A DNA stretch of 64,000 bases. Source: Utricularia gibba. Lineage: Eukaryota; Plantae; Magnoliophyta. The DNA lies in assembly GCA_002189035.1 (NCBI GenBank), contig NEEC01000019.1, positions 1,550,001-1,614,000 of the forward strand, given 5' to 3'. The notes beneath the pieces are model-generated. The model ran no database searches. It saw nothing but the letters and a program-made list of their open reading frames with translations, and was not told the origin of the DNA. The translations under genes were made by a program, and so were the position numbers. This document shows, piece after piece, positions 24,488 through 37,587 of the stretch (the first letter of the stretch is position 1; every line of letters begins with the position of its first letter).

Positions 24488-27400
24488 ATGGCGGACGCGA
24501 ACACCGCTGCGGAGACGGTTATTGGCGGCGGCGCGCCGGCTTCGGTTTCGGCTTCCGACGTATCTGAACGTAATGATCGTACCGCTAATCTGGACCCATC
24601 GTCAACCACGAATCCCCAATATCTTAACCCTAACCCTAGCGGGCTTCCGTCGGTTCTCAATCCTACGCTTCCTTGGTCAGCTGCGGCTCCTATTTCAGTT
24701 CCTCAGCCTTTTCCCCCGGCAGTTTCTGGCTCGCAATTTATGGTTCAAGCTTATCAAGCTCCTGGTATGCCTCCGCCTGGTGTGGGTGCCTTTTCGCCTT
24801 CGATGGTTCCTCCCAACCCCCTTGTAGCGGGTGGTACACTGCCGCAAGTTCCGGTTCAGAACTTCATGGCCCAGCCTTACGGCCCAGGAGGTCAGCCTTT
24901 GAGATATGGGACACCAATTCCAAATGGCTACGCGGCACTCCCTCAGGGTGCTCCGCCGGGTGTCATACCTCCTCCGGGTGGGTTATTTTCTCTTTTTTTT
25001 TTTCTCTTCCTGTTACCTGTGTTGTTTACATCTCTATCGGTATATATGTTTATATATCCATAGTGCGTGTGTGTATTTGCTTTCGCGATTCTGGTCAGAT
25101 TGCCTATAGCTTGTTATAATTTGGGGTATGAAAATTTAGTAACGGAATTGGGGCAATCAGTGAAGCTGACGGAGATAGGGAGGATTTGTGTTAGTTGGAT
25201 AAGTGGGTACCGATGACAGGATCTTTTCTCCTACAGTGTACCCCTGATCTGATTACATTGGGAAAGTTGCAAAGCATCAATAGGGACTACTGAGAACCCT
25301 CACTCTCCAACTCCATTTTGTTGGTATGCTGTCATTTTTATGCGTGGTTTCTTTGACTTCCTTGGGATAAGCACTGCTGTAAGAAATGTAGCACTTATAT
25401 GTTTTGCTGTGTGATTCATGAGAATTCAAGTCTTGAGTTTGAAATGCCACAGAATCCAGTCGCTGCTTTGGTTGAGGAAAGCGTGGTTGACTCGATCATT
25501 CTTAATCATCTATCAGGGTCATTATCACTACGCTAATCTTCTCAAGTTTTATGACCTGTGTAGCCTGACTGTTTTAAAGTTAATTTTAACTTTCTCTGTT
25601 CTGCATGTTGGTTTTTTTCATGAATTCCAGTTTACTATTCCTGATTGATTCGCAACACTTTTCTCTTGATGTACTGGTGAGTGTTTTTCAATTCCATGCA
25701 AGTTGATATTTTCTTTTGTTCTTGCTTTGATGTTTGTTCCAGCTTTTATATCATAAAATCAGCCATTATCTGATGATGATTCTGCATAGATTTTCATGGC
25801 TCCCTTGTGCAGGAGTTTCTCGTTACCCCACAATGTATGGTTCACCTATGGTCCGTCAAGTATATCCTCCACATCCAGTGGTTGGTGTTATGCCGCCGAT
25901 GGTACGCCACTACCGGGAGGGATTCATGGTCCAGTTACCCCTATTATTGCCAGACCTCCTGCTCCACCAAGTGCTGCGTCTTCTGAGAAGCCACAGACAA
26001 CCGTTTATGTTGGAAAAATATCGTCTACTGTGGAAAATGACTTTATTTTGTCACTGTTGCAAGTATGACACTCACTTGCATATTAACCCCTCCGCTGCTT
26101 GATTTCTTTGAGTTATACGGGCCTTTGCTTTCCTTCTCTATATTTACCTCTCTGAGTAACTCTAGCTTCTTTTATTCCTTGAAGCTTTGTGGACAAGTGA
26201 AGAGTTGGAAACGCCCTCAAGATCCAGCAGGAACTCTGAAAGGGTTTGGATTTTGCGAATTTGAGTCTCCTGAAGGTGTCCTTCGGGCTCTAAGGTTGCT
26301 CAACAAACTAAATGTCGATGGGCAAGAATTGATGGTACTTCACTGTTTTCTGTCATTAATGCATTTCCTGTTCTTTTGTCAAGTTACACATATCCCGGCC
26401 TTCATTTTGATGTGTATAATCCTGATTGCCGAGAACTGAGATCACCCATCATTTAACATTTATCTATGCTTTACTTCTGTAACCCCAATATGCTTGCAAA
26501 GTTGCCAAATTTTTGGCGTTCTCATGCTTGTTTCTGAATTGCAATTTGTACTTAGGATGGCAATTATTTATTCCATGCTGCTCTTTCTTTTTGAGATCTT
26601 CCCGGTTTCCTGCCATTGTATAGAGATCTCTTGTTAGCTGAAACACTTTGAATTTGCAGTTAAATGTTAACCAGACAACTAGATTATATTTGAATCACTA
26701 TGTTGAGAGAAAGGCGCAAGGGTCCAAGAGCAGTCAGGAATCCAATACTGAAAATTCTGAAAAAAAGGAAGCAACTGCTGATTCAAACGGACCAGTAAAG
26801 TCTTCAGAGCCTATGAAGTCCTTGCCTGATGAAGTGACAAAAAATGATAGTGACACTGCAAGTAAGGAAAATTCTGATTCGGCTGATTTTGGTCTTGTAA
26901 CTGACGACGACAGGGAGGCTGATCGCGAGGCTCTTGGGAAGCTCAAGGGCTTGATAGAGGAGAGGCTAAAAAACAGGCCATTACCACCTCCCCCACCTGC
27001 ACCCATAGCTACGGATGGTGCCACTGAGACAGCTTCAGAGCTTCCAGCAACATTGAGAGACCGGGAGTCTGATGGGGGCTTGGCTGCTAAGGGTGAGTGT
27101 ATATTTCAAGTTTATAATGCTATGGCGTTGCATGATTAAATGCTTCTAAAATCTGAAAATTCTATGTTTCAGATTCTGTGGAAAGAGTTGCAGATGATAA
27201 GACTTCTGAATCTAAACTTCCAGATGACGTTGACAAGAGCAAATCGGTTTCCCCAGATAGGACAAGGCACAGAGGCAAAGATTGGGACCGAGAGTCCAAA
27301 CGAGATAAAGAAAGGGAAATTGAGAGATATGAGAGAGAGAGGGAACAAGAGCGTGCAAAGAGGGAGAAGGATAAGGAGTATAGGAGCCGGGATGATGATC

Positions 27401-28774
27401 GAAGGTATAAATTGCGTGAAAAAGAATGGGAAGCCAGGGAAAGAGAGAAAGAGCATTGGAGGAAGTGGGAAAGAGAACGAGAGAGAGAAAAGGCTCAAGA
27501 AAGGAAGTGGGAAATCATGGACCAAGAACGTGATACCGATGAAGGTTTTGGAAAAAAGAGGAGATACCGGATTAGTGACGATGAGAGGAAGCGGAGACAA
27601 CGAGAGAAGGAAGAAGACTTGGCAGATAGGCTACAAGAGGAAGAGGAGATGGCAGAGGCTAAAGTAAGAGAAGAACAGCAAAAAAAGCAGAACGAAATGT
27701 TAAAAAGTGTATCTGGTCAGCCAGCTGATATATCAGATACTGATTCCCTTCAAGGTAAGGGAATTTCAAGAATCCACGACAAAGCGGTTGGTGAGACCGT
27801 TGGTCGTATTAGTGGTGCATCCAAGGGTCAGTGCACTATTTCAGCTTTTGTCATCTGGTACTAGAGTCTTTTCCCTTCATTAACCAACTTATTCTTGTGA
27901 ATGGCAGATGAAGCTTCAGCGAACGGGGCCACGCATGATTCAGTCTCATCATTAAACACAGTATCAGAACGGCAGAATAGCAATGCCCCTGCTCGCAAGC
28001 TGGGTTTTGGAATCTCCGCATCTGGGAAAAGAGCTGCGGTTCCTTCCCTTTTTAATGAGGATGAGGATGAAGATCTGCACAAGGAGAAGAAGATGAAGCC
28101 TCTCGTTCCAATTGACTACACAACTGAGGAACAGCAAGCAGTCCATTCTTCAGTCTCTGAGCCCCCGGACCATATGGTTGCCGCTGCTGAATTCGTCAAA
28201 CGCATCTCAACTGCAAACTCTAAAGAAGATAAGCATGACAGTGAAAAAGAAAAGGTGAGGCGTTCGCGGGACAGATCCAGCCAACGAGATGCCGACAGAT
28301 TTGAAGAAAGTCACAGGAAGGATAGCAGGTCAAAGAACGTCGAAAACCAAAAGCTCTTGGACGCTAAGCAGCTCATTGACACCATCCCGAAGACCAAGGA
28401 TGAGCTGTTCTCCTACAAAATAAACTGGACGGTTTACGACCAGGTAATATACTGACACCGTTCCTAGGAACCATCTGTTCATTGTGCCCCCCACCCCACC
28501 TAACTTATACGTGTTTCTTCAGAACTCCATCTCCGCGAGGCTGAGACCATGGGTCGCAAAGAAGATCACCGACTTTCTCGGGGAGGAAGAAGACACCCTT
28601 GTCGACTACATAGTTTCCGGCACCCAGGAGCACGTCTCTGCGGGTGAGATGCTGGAGAGGCTTCAGACGATACTGGATGATGAAGCGGAGATGTTTGTGC
28701 TGAAGATGTGGAGAATGCTCATCTTTGAAATCAAGAAGGTGGAAACGGGCATAGTAGTGAAGCCACGAAGCTGA
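24488..28774 (+). CDS. RBM25: RBM25-like splicing factor (Pro-rich, RRM, RE/RD-rich, PWI)
   Basis: RRM TTVYVGKI...GFGFCEFESPEGVLRALRLL; ERERE-rich tract; PWI RLRPWVAKKITDFLGEEE...FVLKMWRMLIFE. One apparent -1 frameshift near 25907. Confidence 0.92.
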
Positions 28775-30061
28775 GCATTCATCTGGATACCATTCTCTGT
28801 CATCGTTTCTCAAGTAACTTCATTACCTTCGCTTTTGTTGGAATCGGGCCTCCATTTTCTCCTGTTGCTTCTTCCATGGTTTCATAGAGAAGGCACTCAA
28901 AAATCAAAAGATACGCGTTTTGCATGCAAAATGATTAAATAAACATTCTTCTTTGTTGTTTAGCGGATCCGGTTTACTGCTGACCCGCCCGGTACCGGAA
29001 TGTTTATTTGGGCCGGTTGACCAGCGGCACTCGCGATTTCCTGTCGCTTTCCTTTCCCGGTCTCCGGTACTCGCTCGCAATTCTTCGCCTTCTTTTTCCT
29101 TCTTTTTTTTTTCTTGTGTGTGGGTGTGGGGGTATTGAGAAACGGAAACTGAGAAGGCCGGAGATTGATTGAACACAACACAGGCGGGACGTGCGTTTTG
29201 TGGATACTCGGGGAATCATCTCTGTATATTGGGGTAACTGCTCTTGTGCTTTTGTTTTCTACTTATTGCTAGTCGTCGAAACCTAGTACAGAAAGGTAAT
29301 GATATAACAGTAATTCGTTCAATTTTTGTAGTCTCTGTAATTAACTACAAAAGCCCCTTTGGTTCTTGAAAGTGGGAAATCACTACTTCGACGTGTCGCG
29401 GGGTTTCGGTGATGATTCTTTGAAAATCCTGTCGAAGTATACTTTTTTTGTTGGTTTTCTGTGTTTACGCATCAGGTTTGGCGTACTTCTTTTATGAAGG
29501 TGGGTGTGAGATTTCCGCGCCATGATTATTGTGTAGATCTTTAGTTTCATGTTTTTTTTTGTTTTTGTGATTGGGAAGGTTCTTTTTTTTTGAATAAAAA
29601 ATGATCTGAAGGAAATTAGTAGTGAAGAATTGAGGAGATTAATGAATAAATATCAGGTTTCGAGCTGTTCTGATGATTTCAATGATGAATCTTCTTATAA
29701 TTCCTCTAACTGTAGGCACATTTTGCATTATTGATAACTCCTGTGCATGCTGATCGTTTGGCACTTTTTTACTTATGATTTATTTAGAACTCTGTGCATG
29801 CTGTATTTTAGTTCTAAGCATGGATATCGATCTTCAATTGAATTGTGAAACTCATGGAGCAAAAGTGTTGCCTTGGTCATTTCACTTAGTTGTTCCATAT
29901 CATCGTTGTTGAACTCACTTTCAGTGGGTATACCATCGGTTTATTTAGTTTTTCATTTCTGCAGTCAGGTAGTTTGTTCTTTGTTTGTATTAAGAAGGCT
30001 CTTTTTTGGTTTTATAATGTAGAGTTATCCAGGTTAGCTTTCGTTCATCGTTGAAGAGGAA

Positions 30062-30895
30062 ATGGAGGAACAGAACAGGGATAAAGTGAAATTATCAGAA
30101 GGCGTGGGCAGTTTTCTACGGAGATGTGTTTACTCGGTTCTTAGTATTGGTTCCATACCTAGACACATTGCATTTATCATGGATGGAAACCGGAGATATG
30201 CAAAGAGGCACAACCTTGAAGAGGGAGCAGGCCACAAGGCCGGGTACTCGGCGCTGATGAACATCCTGAGATACTGTTATGAGCTAGAAGTCAAATATGT
30301 CACCATCTATGCTTTCAGCATCGACAACTTCAAGCGACAGCCGGAGGAAGTGGAATCCACCATGAAACTTATACATCAAAAGATCGAAGAGCTGATCAAG
30401 GAAGGAAGCTTAGTGAACCAGTTCGGTGTAAGGGTATACTTCACCGGAAACCTTCATCTTCTGAGTGAGCCCATCAGATTATCAGCCGAGAGAGCAATGA
30501 AGGCCACAGCTTCCAACTCCAAAGCCGTGCTGTCCATCTGCATTGCCTACACCTCAACAGATGAGATTGTGCATGCTGTTCAAGAAGCTCGTGCGGAAGC
30601 TCTGGCTCTTGATAACACCTGCAACCATGGAGAAGAGGGTGCCTGCAAGGCTATAAGTGTAGAAGATATAGAAAAGCATATGCGCATGGCGGTTGCTCCT
30701 GACCCAGACATTATAATCAGAACTTCCGGTGAGACAAGGCTGAGCAATTTCCTCCTGTGGCAGAGCGGATCTTCCCTGCTCTACTCCTTGAAAGCACTCT
30801 GGCCGGAGATCGGATTCCTGCATTTGGTAGGAGTGATTATTGAGTATCAACGGCATTTTGGGTATCTGGAGGAGACGAAGCAGAAACAGAGCTAA
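30062..30895 (+). CDS. CPT: cis-Prenyltransferase (dehydrodolichyl diphosphate synthase type), intronless CDS
   Basis: IPRHIAFIMDGNRRYA, YAFSIDNFKR, DPDIIIRTSGETRLSNFLLWQ; no C-terminal RxG, typical of CPTs needing an NgBR/CPTL partner; probable 5' UTR intron at about 29256-30034. Confidence 0.95.
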   Translation: MEEQNRDKVKLSEGVGSFLRRCVYSVLSIGSIPRHIAFIMDGNRRYAKRHNLEEGAGHKAGYSALMNILRYCYELEVKYVTIYAFSIDNFKRQPEEVESTMKLIHQKIEELIKEGSLVNQFGVRVYFTGNLHLLSEPIRLSAERAMKATASNSKAVLSICIAYTSTDEIVHAVQEARAEALALDNTCNHGEEGACKAISVEDIEKHMRMAVAPDPDIIIRTSGETRLSNFLLWQSGSSLLYSLKALWPEIGFLHLVGVIIEYQRHFGYLEETKQKQS

Positions 30896-31382
30896 CGGAT
30901 ACCGGAAAAATACAGTTAAGAGATAGGGTTTCTCTTCGTCAACAGGAATTTTGACCTATGGTTTATATATTAAAGTATAATTAGAAAAAGGGAATTTTGA
31001 CCTATGGTTTAAAAATTAGCGAATCATTTATGGTAGGAATTTAATTAAATTCCACATAATTATGAAATAATAGTATGTAATTCAATGATGATTTATATTC
31101 TTATAAGCAAAAGGAAGGAAATAATATTATTTTTTAATATACGAAAAGGATGGAGGAGTATTTAATTTGATCCGCACGCAATGCATTTGCTTAAGCCAAA
31201 AATCAGGGTACGTATGTCGGGAACGTGATGGTTCTTGCCACTAAAATGACAGTGTCTCGTCCCCACCTGAGATTTGTCTGATTCTGTTGAGACCCGCCAA
31301 TCAGAATTGGGATGCAATTTGACCATCTTTTTTCTGGGAGAACAGGGGATTGGGGATCAATCATTGGGGGAACGCATTGGGC

Positions 31383-34300
31383 ATGGAGGATCAAGGGATC
31401 GTGGAGGGCAGCGCGAGGTCGGCGAAGAGTACCAGCGGCGAGTCTTTCCGGTGGGTTGATGGTAGCGAGGTGGATTCGGAGTCTCTCCCGCCGTCTTTCG
31501 ACAGCGATGGGGAGCCAAGAGAAGAGTTTGGCTCTTTCAGGAGAAGGCTTGTGAAAAAGCCTAAAAGGGTTGATTCTTTCGACGTTGAAGCTATGGAAAT
31601 TGCTGCTTCTCACTCTCGCCACCCTAAGGTTAGCGGTAAAAATCGTTTCTTTCGTGCCGTGGATGTGTTCTCTGCCACCCCTTTGGGTAGCTTTTAGATC
31701 CCTAAAGGAATTTGTGTATTTTTTTTTTATTTGGGTCCCATTGGAGGTGAGACAAGATTTCAATTGTGAGTTTTTAAGTGATGCAGGATGCTTCCATTTG
31801 GGGGACATTGGCTTTAGCATTTCAAACATTAGGAGTGGTGTATGGTGACATGGGCACGAGTCCGTTGTATGTGTTTTCAGGTGTATTCAGCAAAGTTCCC
31901 ATTACTTCAGAAGAAGATGTGCTGGGTACTCTGTCACTTGTGCTGTATACAATTGCTCTTATTCCTCTAACAAAATATGTATTTGTCGTGCTGAAAGCAA
32001 ACGACAATGGTGAAGGTATGACGAATTCGACATAACGGTCTGTTTGAAAGTGGTTCATCGAACTGTATATCATTGCTCTTGACTCCAGTTTGATCTCAAC
32101 AACAGGTGGAACATTTGCATTATACTCTTTGATTTCGAGGTATGCAGAAGTTAATCTTCTTCCAAACCGGCAGCGAGCCGATGAACTCATTTCCAGTTTC
32201 AAATTGAAACTGCCTACTCCTGAGCTGGAGAGGGCCTTGAGCATAAAAGATGCCTTAGAACATAATCCTGTTATGAAGAAACTTCTTTTGCTGCTTGTTC
32301 TAATGGGCACATCTATGATCATTGGGGATGGGATTCTGACTCCAGCAATTTCAGGTACATATATAAATAATGTTGATGGTTGCACGTGGATTTAGTTTCT
32401 TCTTGTTCACTAGCATATTATCGTGCAGTCATGTCAGCAGTGAGCGGTTTGGAAGGCCGAATTCGAGGGTTTGAAACAAGTTGGTAGAATTTTATCAGCT
32501 CTCTCTTTCTCCTGCTTCTTGGATCAAAATCGCTGAAACTCTCAACTTTCTGATCATGCAGATGCTCTTGTTATTACTTCAATCGTCATCCTTGTGGCAC
32601 TTTTTACCATACAGAAGTTTGGAACCAGTAAAGTCGGGTTTTCGTTTGCTCCTGCACTTGCGTTATGGTTTTTTAGCCTTGGATCCATTGGTCTTTACAA
32701 CCTTATTACATATGACATCTCTGCTGTGAAAGCAATAAATCCCATCTACATCTACCGCTTCTTCAAGAAAAATGGTGTCATGGGATGGTCAGCTCTCGGA
32801 GGCTGTGTTCTTTGCATCACTGGTGAGCTTCAGCATCTGTCTATTATTCGAAGATATCCAACATGAAAGAATTACTTTGCCTTGGTAAAATCTCTTCTTT
32901 TTTCAAATACAGGAGCTGAGGCCATGTTTGCTGATCTTGGACATTTTTCAGTGCCTGCAATACAGGTTACTTTGGTGTTACACAGTAATGGCCCTATTCT
33001 TCCTGTCGCATGTATTTGTTGTTAAAACAGTAGACGATGTTTTAGTTACGATAAAGAAATGGGCCATTGCCATATCTCATTCTCAGTTGCTAACCTCCAC
33101 CACACAAATCAGATTGCATTTACTGGAGTTGTCTTCCCCTGCCTCATCTTGGCTTACATGGGCCAAGCTGCCTATCTCATGAAACACCCTGGCGCAGTGG
33201 AAACAATATTTTATGATTCAGTTCCAGGTAATGATCTACTTGCTATCCTCTCTACATGACTTGAAAAGAAAATAACATATGAATAGTTTCCTGAATTCCC
33301 CAGAGAGTCTTTTCTGGCCTGTTTTTGTGATTGCAACTATCGCTGCGGTGATTGCAAGCCAAGCCATGATATCTGCTTCGTTTTCCTGCGTAAAACAGGC
33401 GATGGCCCTTGGATGCTTTCCCCGTATGAAGATCGTGCACACTTCAAAGAAAAGGATGGGCCAAATCTACATCCCTGTGATAAACTATTTCCTGATGATT
33501 ATGTGCATCATCGTTGTTGCAGTTTTTAGGAGCACAAATGAAATAGCCAATGCTTACGGTGTGCACTACTGTTCATCTCCTTCATCAGCACCAAAAGACA
33601 AGACATTGCAACAACTTTCACTTGTTTGCAGGAATTGCTGAAGTTGGTGTGATGATGGTGAGCACAACCTTGGTGACATTGGTGATGCTCCTCATCTGGC
33701 AATCCAACCTGTTTCTTGCCATATGTTTCCCCCTCGTTTTCGGATCGATCGAATTGATCTACTTATCCGCTGTGCTGTCGAAAATAAAAGAGGGAGGATG
33801 GCTTCCCTTAGCCTTCGCTTGCTGCTTCCTCTGTGTGATGTACACCTGGAACTACGGCAGTGTTCTCAAGTACCAGAGCGAGGTAAGGAAGATGATATCC
33901 ATGGACTTGATGCTTGACCTGGGATCCACCCTTGGGACTGTTAGAGTCCCTGGAATCGGCCTTCTGTACAACGAGCTCGTCCAAGGGATCCCCTCCGTTC
34001 TCGGGCAGTTTCTCCTCGAGCTACCGGCCATTCATTCCGTCCTCGTCTTCGTGACGATCAAGTACGTCCCGGTGCCGTTTGTGCCGCAGGAGGAGCGCTT
34101 CCTGTTCAGACGCGTCTGCCCCAAGGACTACCATATGTTCAGATGCATTGCTAGATATGGCTACAAGGATGTGAGGTAACAGTTTCTTCTTTCACAGATA
34201 TGGTGCGTTTCTATACAACCAGTTTGTGTATTTTGGGTGGCGATCACTCAGGAAAGAAGACCACCGTGCTTTTGAACAACTTCTAGTGGAGAGCCTGGAA

Positions 34301-34711
34301 AAGTTTCTGAGAAGAGAAGCCATGGACCTTGCTCTGGAATCCACGGCCATCCGAAACCGAACTGCGGAAGCAATGGTATCGCAGAGGGAGGATTCCATGG
34401 AGCTCGAGGTGCCATTGCTGAGGGATCACCGGAGGAGATCAGGATGGCGGATGGCCGTGGCTCCCCCATCTTTGGACGAAGATCCAGCACTGGAATACGA
34501 ATTATCAGCACTGCGAGAAGCCATAGAATCAGGGTTCACATACCTGATGGGAGACGGGAATGTGAGGGCCAAGAAGAGCTCCTTCTTCCTGAAGAAACTG
34601 GTGATCAACTACTTCTACGCTTTCTTGAGGAGGAACTGCAGAGGCGGGGCGGCGACCATGAGAGTTCCCCACATGAACATCATTCGAGTCGGGATGACTT
34701 ACATGGTCTAG
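31383..34711 (+). CDS. KUP12: KT/KUP/HAK potassium transporter, KUP12-like
   Basis: Acidic N-terminus [20 protein letters not shown]; [35 protein letters not shown]; C-terminal [17 protein letters not shown]...VGMTYMV; nine exons join in frame. Confidence 0.95.
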
Positions 34712-35784
34712 CTGCTAATGAAACACGGGACATGATTCTAGTACTCGAAAAGGTGATGAAGATGCTGCTATTCCACTGCTAACTTGATGATTCTGCACCA
34801 TTCATCTCCATCCTGGATGCATCGACATATGTACCAGGAAAACGATGATCAAAGGACAAGAAACAAAAGCTGTCAGAAACTATGGCACCACTACCCAGTA
34901 GCCAGCCTGTCCTTCGCACTTGATAAGCTTCTTTTTTTTTTTCTTTTGAAGAACTAAAATCTTCTTCTCTTTCGAAGGAGGTATTTATATGTAAGGTATC
35001 TACTGAAAAAAAAAAGTGAGCGCAAGGACAATATCACTAGTTTCTAACTAGAAAAATCAGATCATTTAAAAAAGTGATCATTATTATATTTTTTCATATA
35101 ATTAAACAAATATATATATATATATATATTGATCATTTTTTATACATAATGTTTGACAGATGACCGATTTATAATTTATCCCAGAAAAAGCAGATGTGAT
35201 TGTAATAAAGATCAATCTTGCTTTGATTTTATACATTAATTCAAAAAATTAATCAAATTTGTTCATACAAATATCACAAAATGATGTGATTTCTAAATCA
35301 CTCAATAAAATGATAGGTTAGAATTTTCTGAGATATCCAATACTTTAAACTGTACGAAAATAGAACTTATATATTTAAATTGAAAATATATTTAATAAAT
35401 GAATTTTTATATTCGATTTAACTGTGCACAATTTTTTCAGTGTGTTATTAAGTTATATATGAGATTTAAAATTAAAATAACATCACTTTCCAAATATTCA
35501 ATTTAAATAAATCAAAACATTCCACATGAAGCATATTGCCCGATGGAATGTAGAATTGTGTCTTACCCGGTCCGGGTCAAACCCATGAAAACCGGATAAT
35601 TAACTCCATTTATTTTACGCAGTAAAAGGATGTAGAACAGTAGAAGGCGTTTTTACCTTCAAAAGGCGCCATCTTTTACAGTTTTGGAGCAACAAGAAGA
35701 AGAACTAAGCAAAGGGGTGGTTACACTACGTAAATCAAAGCAAGCGAGCAATTTAAAACCCGCAAAAAAACAAAGGCTTGCGTG

Positions 35785-36003
35785 CTACTTTGAAGAAGAT
35801 GATGATGCTGATAGAGCTCTCAGCAGATAAATCTGCATCCTCAGAAGCAGTATGTAGTCCGCTACTCTGTGGAAAAGCCGCTCTTTCTCCAAGCCCAGAC
35901 TGCCCGGAACGATTCTCTGCAGCCGCCGCACCCGCCGCCGCACCGACCGCCTCTCTGATTCGATTCTGCGGCCTCTCCGCGGTTTGGACCTCGGCAACGC
36001 CAT
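35785..36003 (-). CDS. Small atypical non-DNA-binding HLH protein (IBH1/UPB1/PAR-like)
   Basis: 72 aa MALPRSK...VRRRVRRLQRIVPGSLGLEKERLFHRVADYILLLRMQIYLLRALS; HLH pattern L..LVPG......LF..ADYI..L..Q with no E-box-binding basic residues. Confidence 0.8.
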   Translation of the reverse strand: MALPRSKPRRGRRIESERRSVRRRVRRLQRIVPGSLGLEKERLFHRVADYILLLRMQIYLLRALSASSSSSK

Positions 36004-36712
36004 CTCCAGGAGAAGGGAAAATGACAGAGAAAGGAGGTGGATAGATGAATGTTGGTAAGAGAACAACTGTTGCGGGGTGATGTTTAAATAGACAGATTTT
36101 TCCCATGTCATATTCACCAATACCCTTCCGTCTATTCCGCTATAAATGCAAAATAATGACATCTTTTTGTTTCTCAAATAATCCATCCTCTCATCAAATG
36201 TTGTCCATTTGATCTATTAAAACAAAACAATCAACTATATTTAAAATTGAAATAATCAAGTATATAAAAAATATATATATATATTAATAATCAATTAGAC
36301 CTGATTTTTTATAATATGTTCTATATTTATTATGTACTAAAATTTTATGTGTGTTCATCAACTTATTTTCTAATTATACGATATTATCTGTTTTGAATAT
36401 CAAATCCATACAATTTTACATTATCTTATAGTAGAGAAAAAAATATATATATATAAAGTTAGATAAAATCGCTTTATATAAATTGTTCTTTCACCTCGTT
36501 CATAATCGACGTGGGATTTATCTAAAATAATTACACATTTACTGAAGTCGGGGCCGAACCATATTTCAACATAATCATGATTCAAATATACATATTATTT
36601 TGTACAAAGATGGTTTATTAAAAAAAATATTTTCTCGAACAAAAGCGTGCACTTTATCAGGTATTGTTTAAAAAGGAGGAGTAATAACCGAAAAGTGGGG
36701 CATTAAAATTCC

Positions 36713-37149
36713 CACATGCGAAAGAATCGAAGTGGATTTGGGGGACAATAATTTAGAGCTGCTAATCAATTAATAAGTCCTCCTAATAATCCAAAACGCA
36801 GCGGCAACGAACTCAGACATGAGAGAGACACGTGGCACGTGGGGGTTGGCCCATGTGAATCCCATCCTTGTTTCCGTTTCTAAACGTTCTTTCTAACCAT
36901 CCCGCCGCAGTCATTTCTTCTTGCTAATGTTGTTTGGAAAACTGGGAATCTTACAAGCACTCCCTCCCTGTCGCGCCCCTCCTCGGCCACAGCGCGATGC
37001 AACAAAGTATGGCATCCGGAGAGGAGAGGAGAGGCGTCGTAGGAAGCGTGTACAGTTAGTTATGGAGTTCCCCCATGTGAATCCCACACACCTCCCATGT
37101 GACCTGCATTTAATATTCAATTAAGGTCCTCCGTTTCAGCTCACATGTG
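36713..37149. promoter_or_regulatory. G-box / PBE-box cluster upstream of the atypical HLH gene
   Basis: CACGTG at 36829 and 36836; CACATG/CATGTG at 36713, 36852, 37074, 37096 and 37142-37149; 15-bp direct repeat CCCATGTGAATCCCA at 36850 and 37072. Confidence 0.55.
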
Positions 37150-37299
37150 CGCGCGTGCCCTCCACTCCCAGTCAATACCTAATATTGTCACAACCCAACA
37201 TGTTATTTCAAAATATTATGTGTTTCGAATATCAAATACAAGTTTCATGAAAAATTAAGAAGTTTCATCCATTTAATCACATCTGTTTCTCTTAATATG

Positions 37300-37587
37300 T
37301 GTTTTATAGACAAATTTTTAGTACTGTTTTTTTTTCTATTTTTACTAAAAATAATTTTACATAGAATACTTTATATTTTTTTATAAAAATATTTTTTATT
37401 TATAATTAAAAATAAGTCAAAAAAAAAAATAAGAAAACATCAACTTCTACTTCTCATTTCTATTTTTGCCTCAAATTCTTAAAAACATTCCTGTTTATAC
37501 GATTTTTCATAATTCTTATAAAAAATTTCTATTTCTACTTTTTATTTTTTCAAAATTAAAAATCTCATTCAAAAATTTTCCATAACA
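37300..37587 (-). mobile_element. MITE-like element, inverted copy of 16734-17049
   Basis: AAAAATTTCTATTTCTACTTTTT...AAAAATCTCATTCAAAAATTTTCCATAACA is the near-exact reverse complement of the start of the 16734 copy. Confidence 0.65.

Noticed and set aside
31203-31829. 208-aa minus-strand ORF and similar long shadow ORFs (3999-4533, 8763-9296, 13022-13573, 23372-23875, 42769-43299, 59593-60135)
   Set aside because: They are antisense shadows of GC-rich coding exons with no independent motifs.
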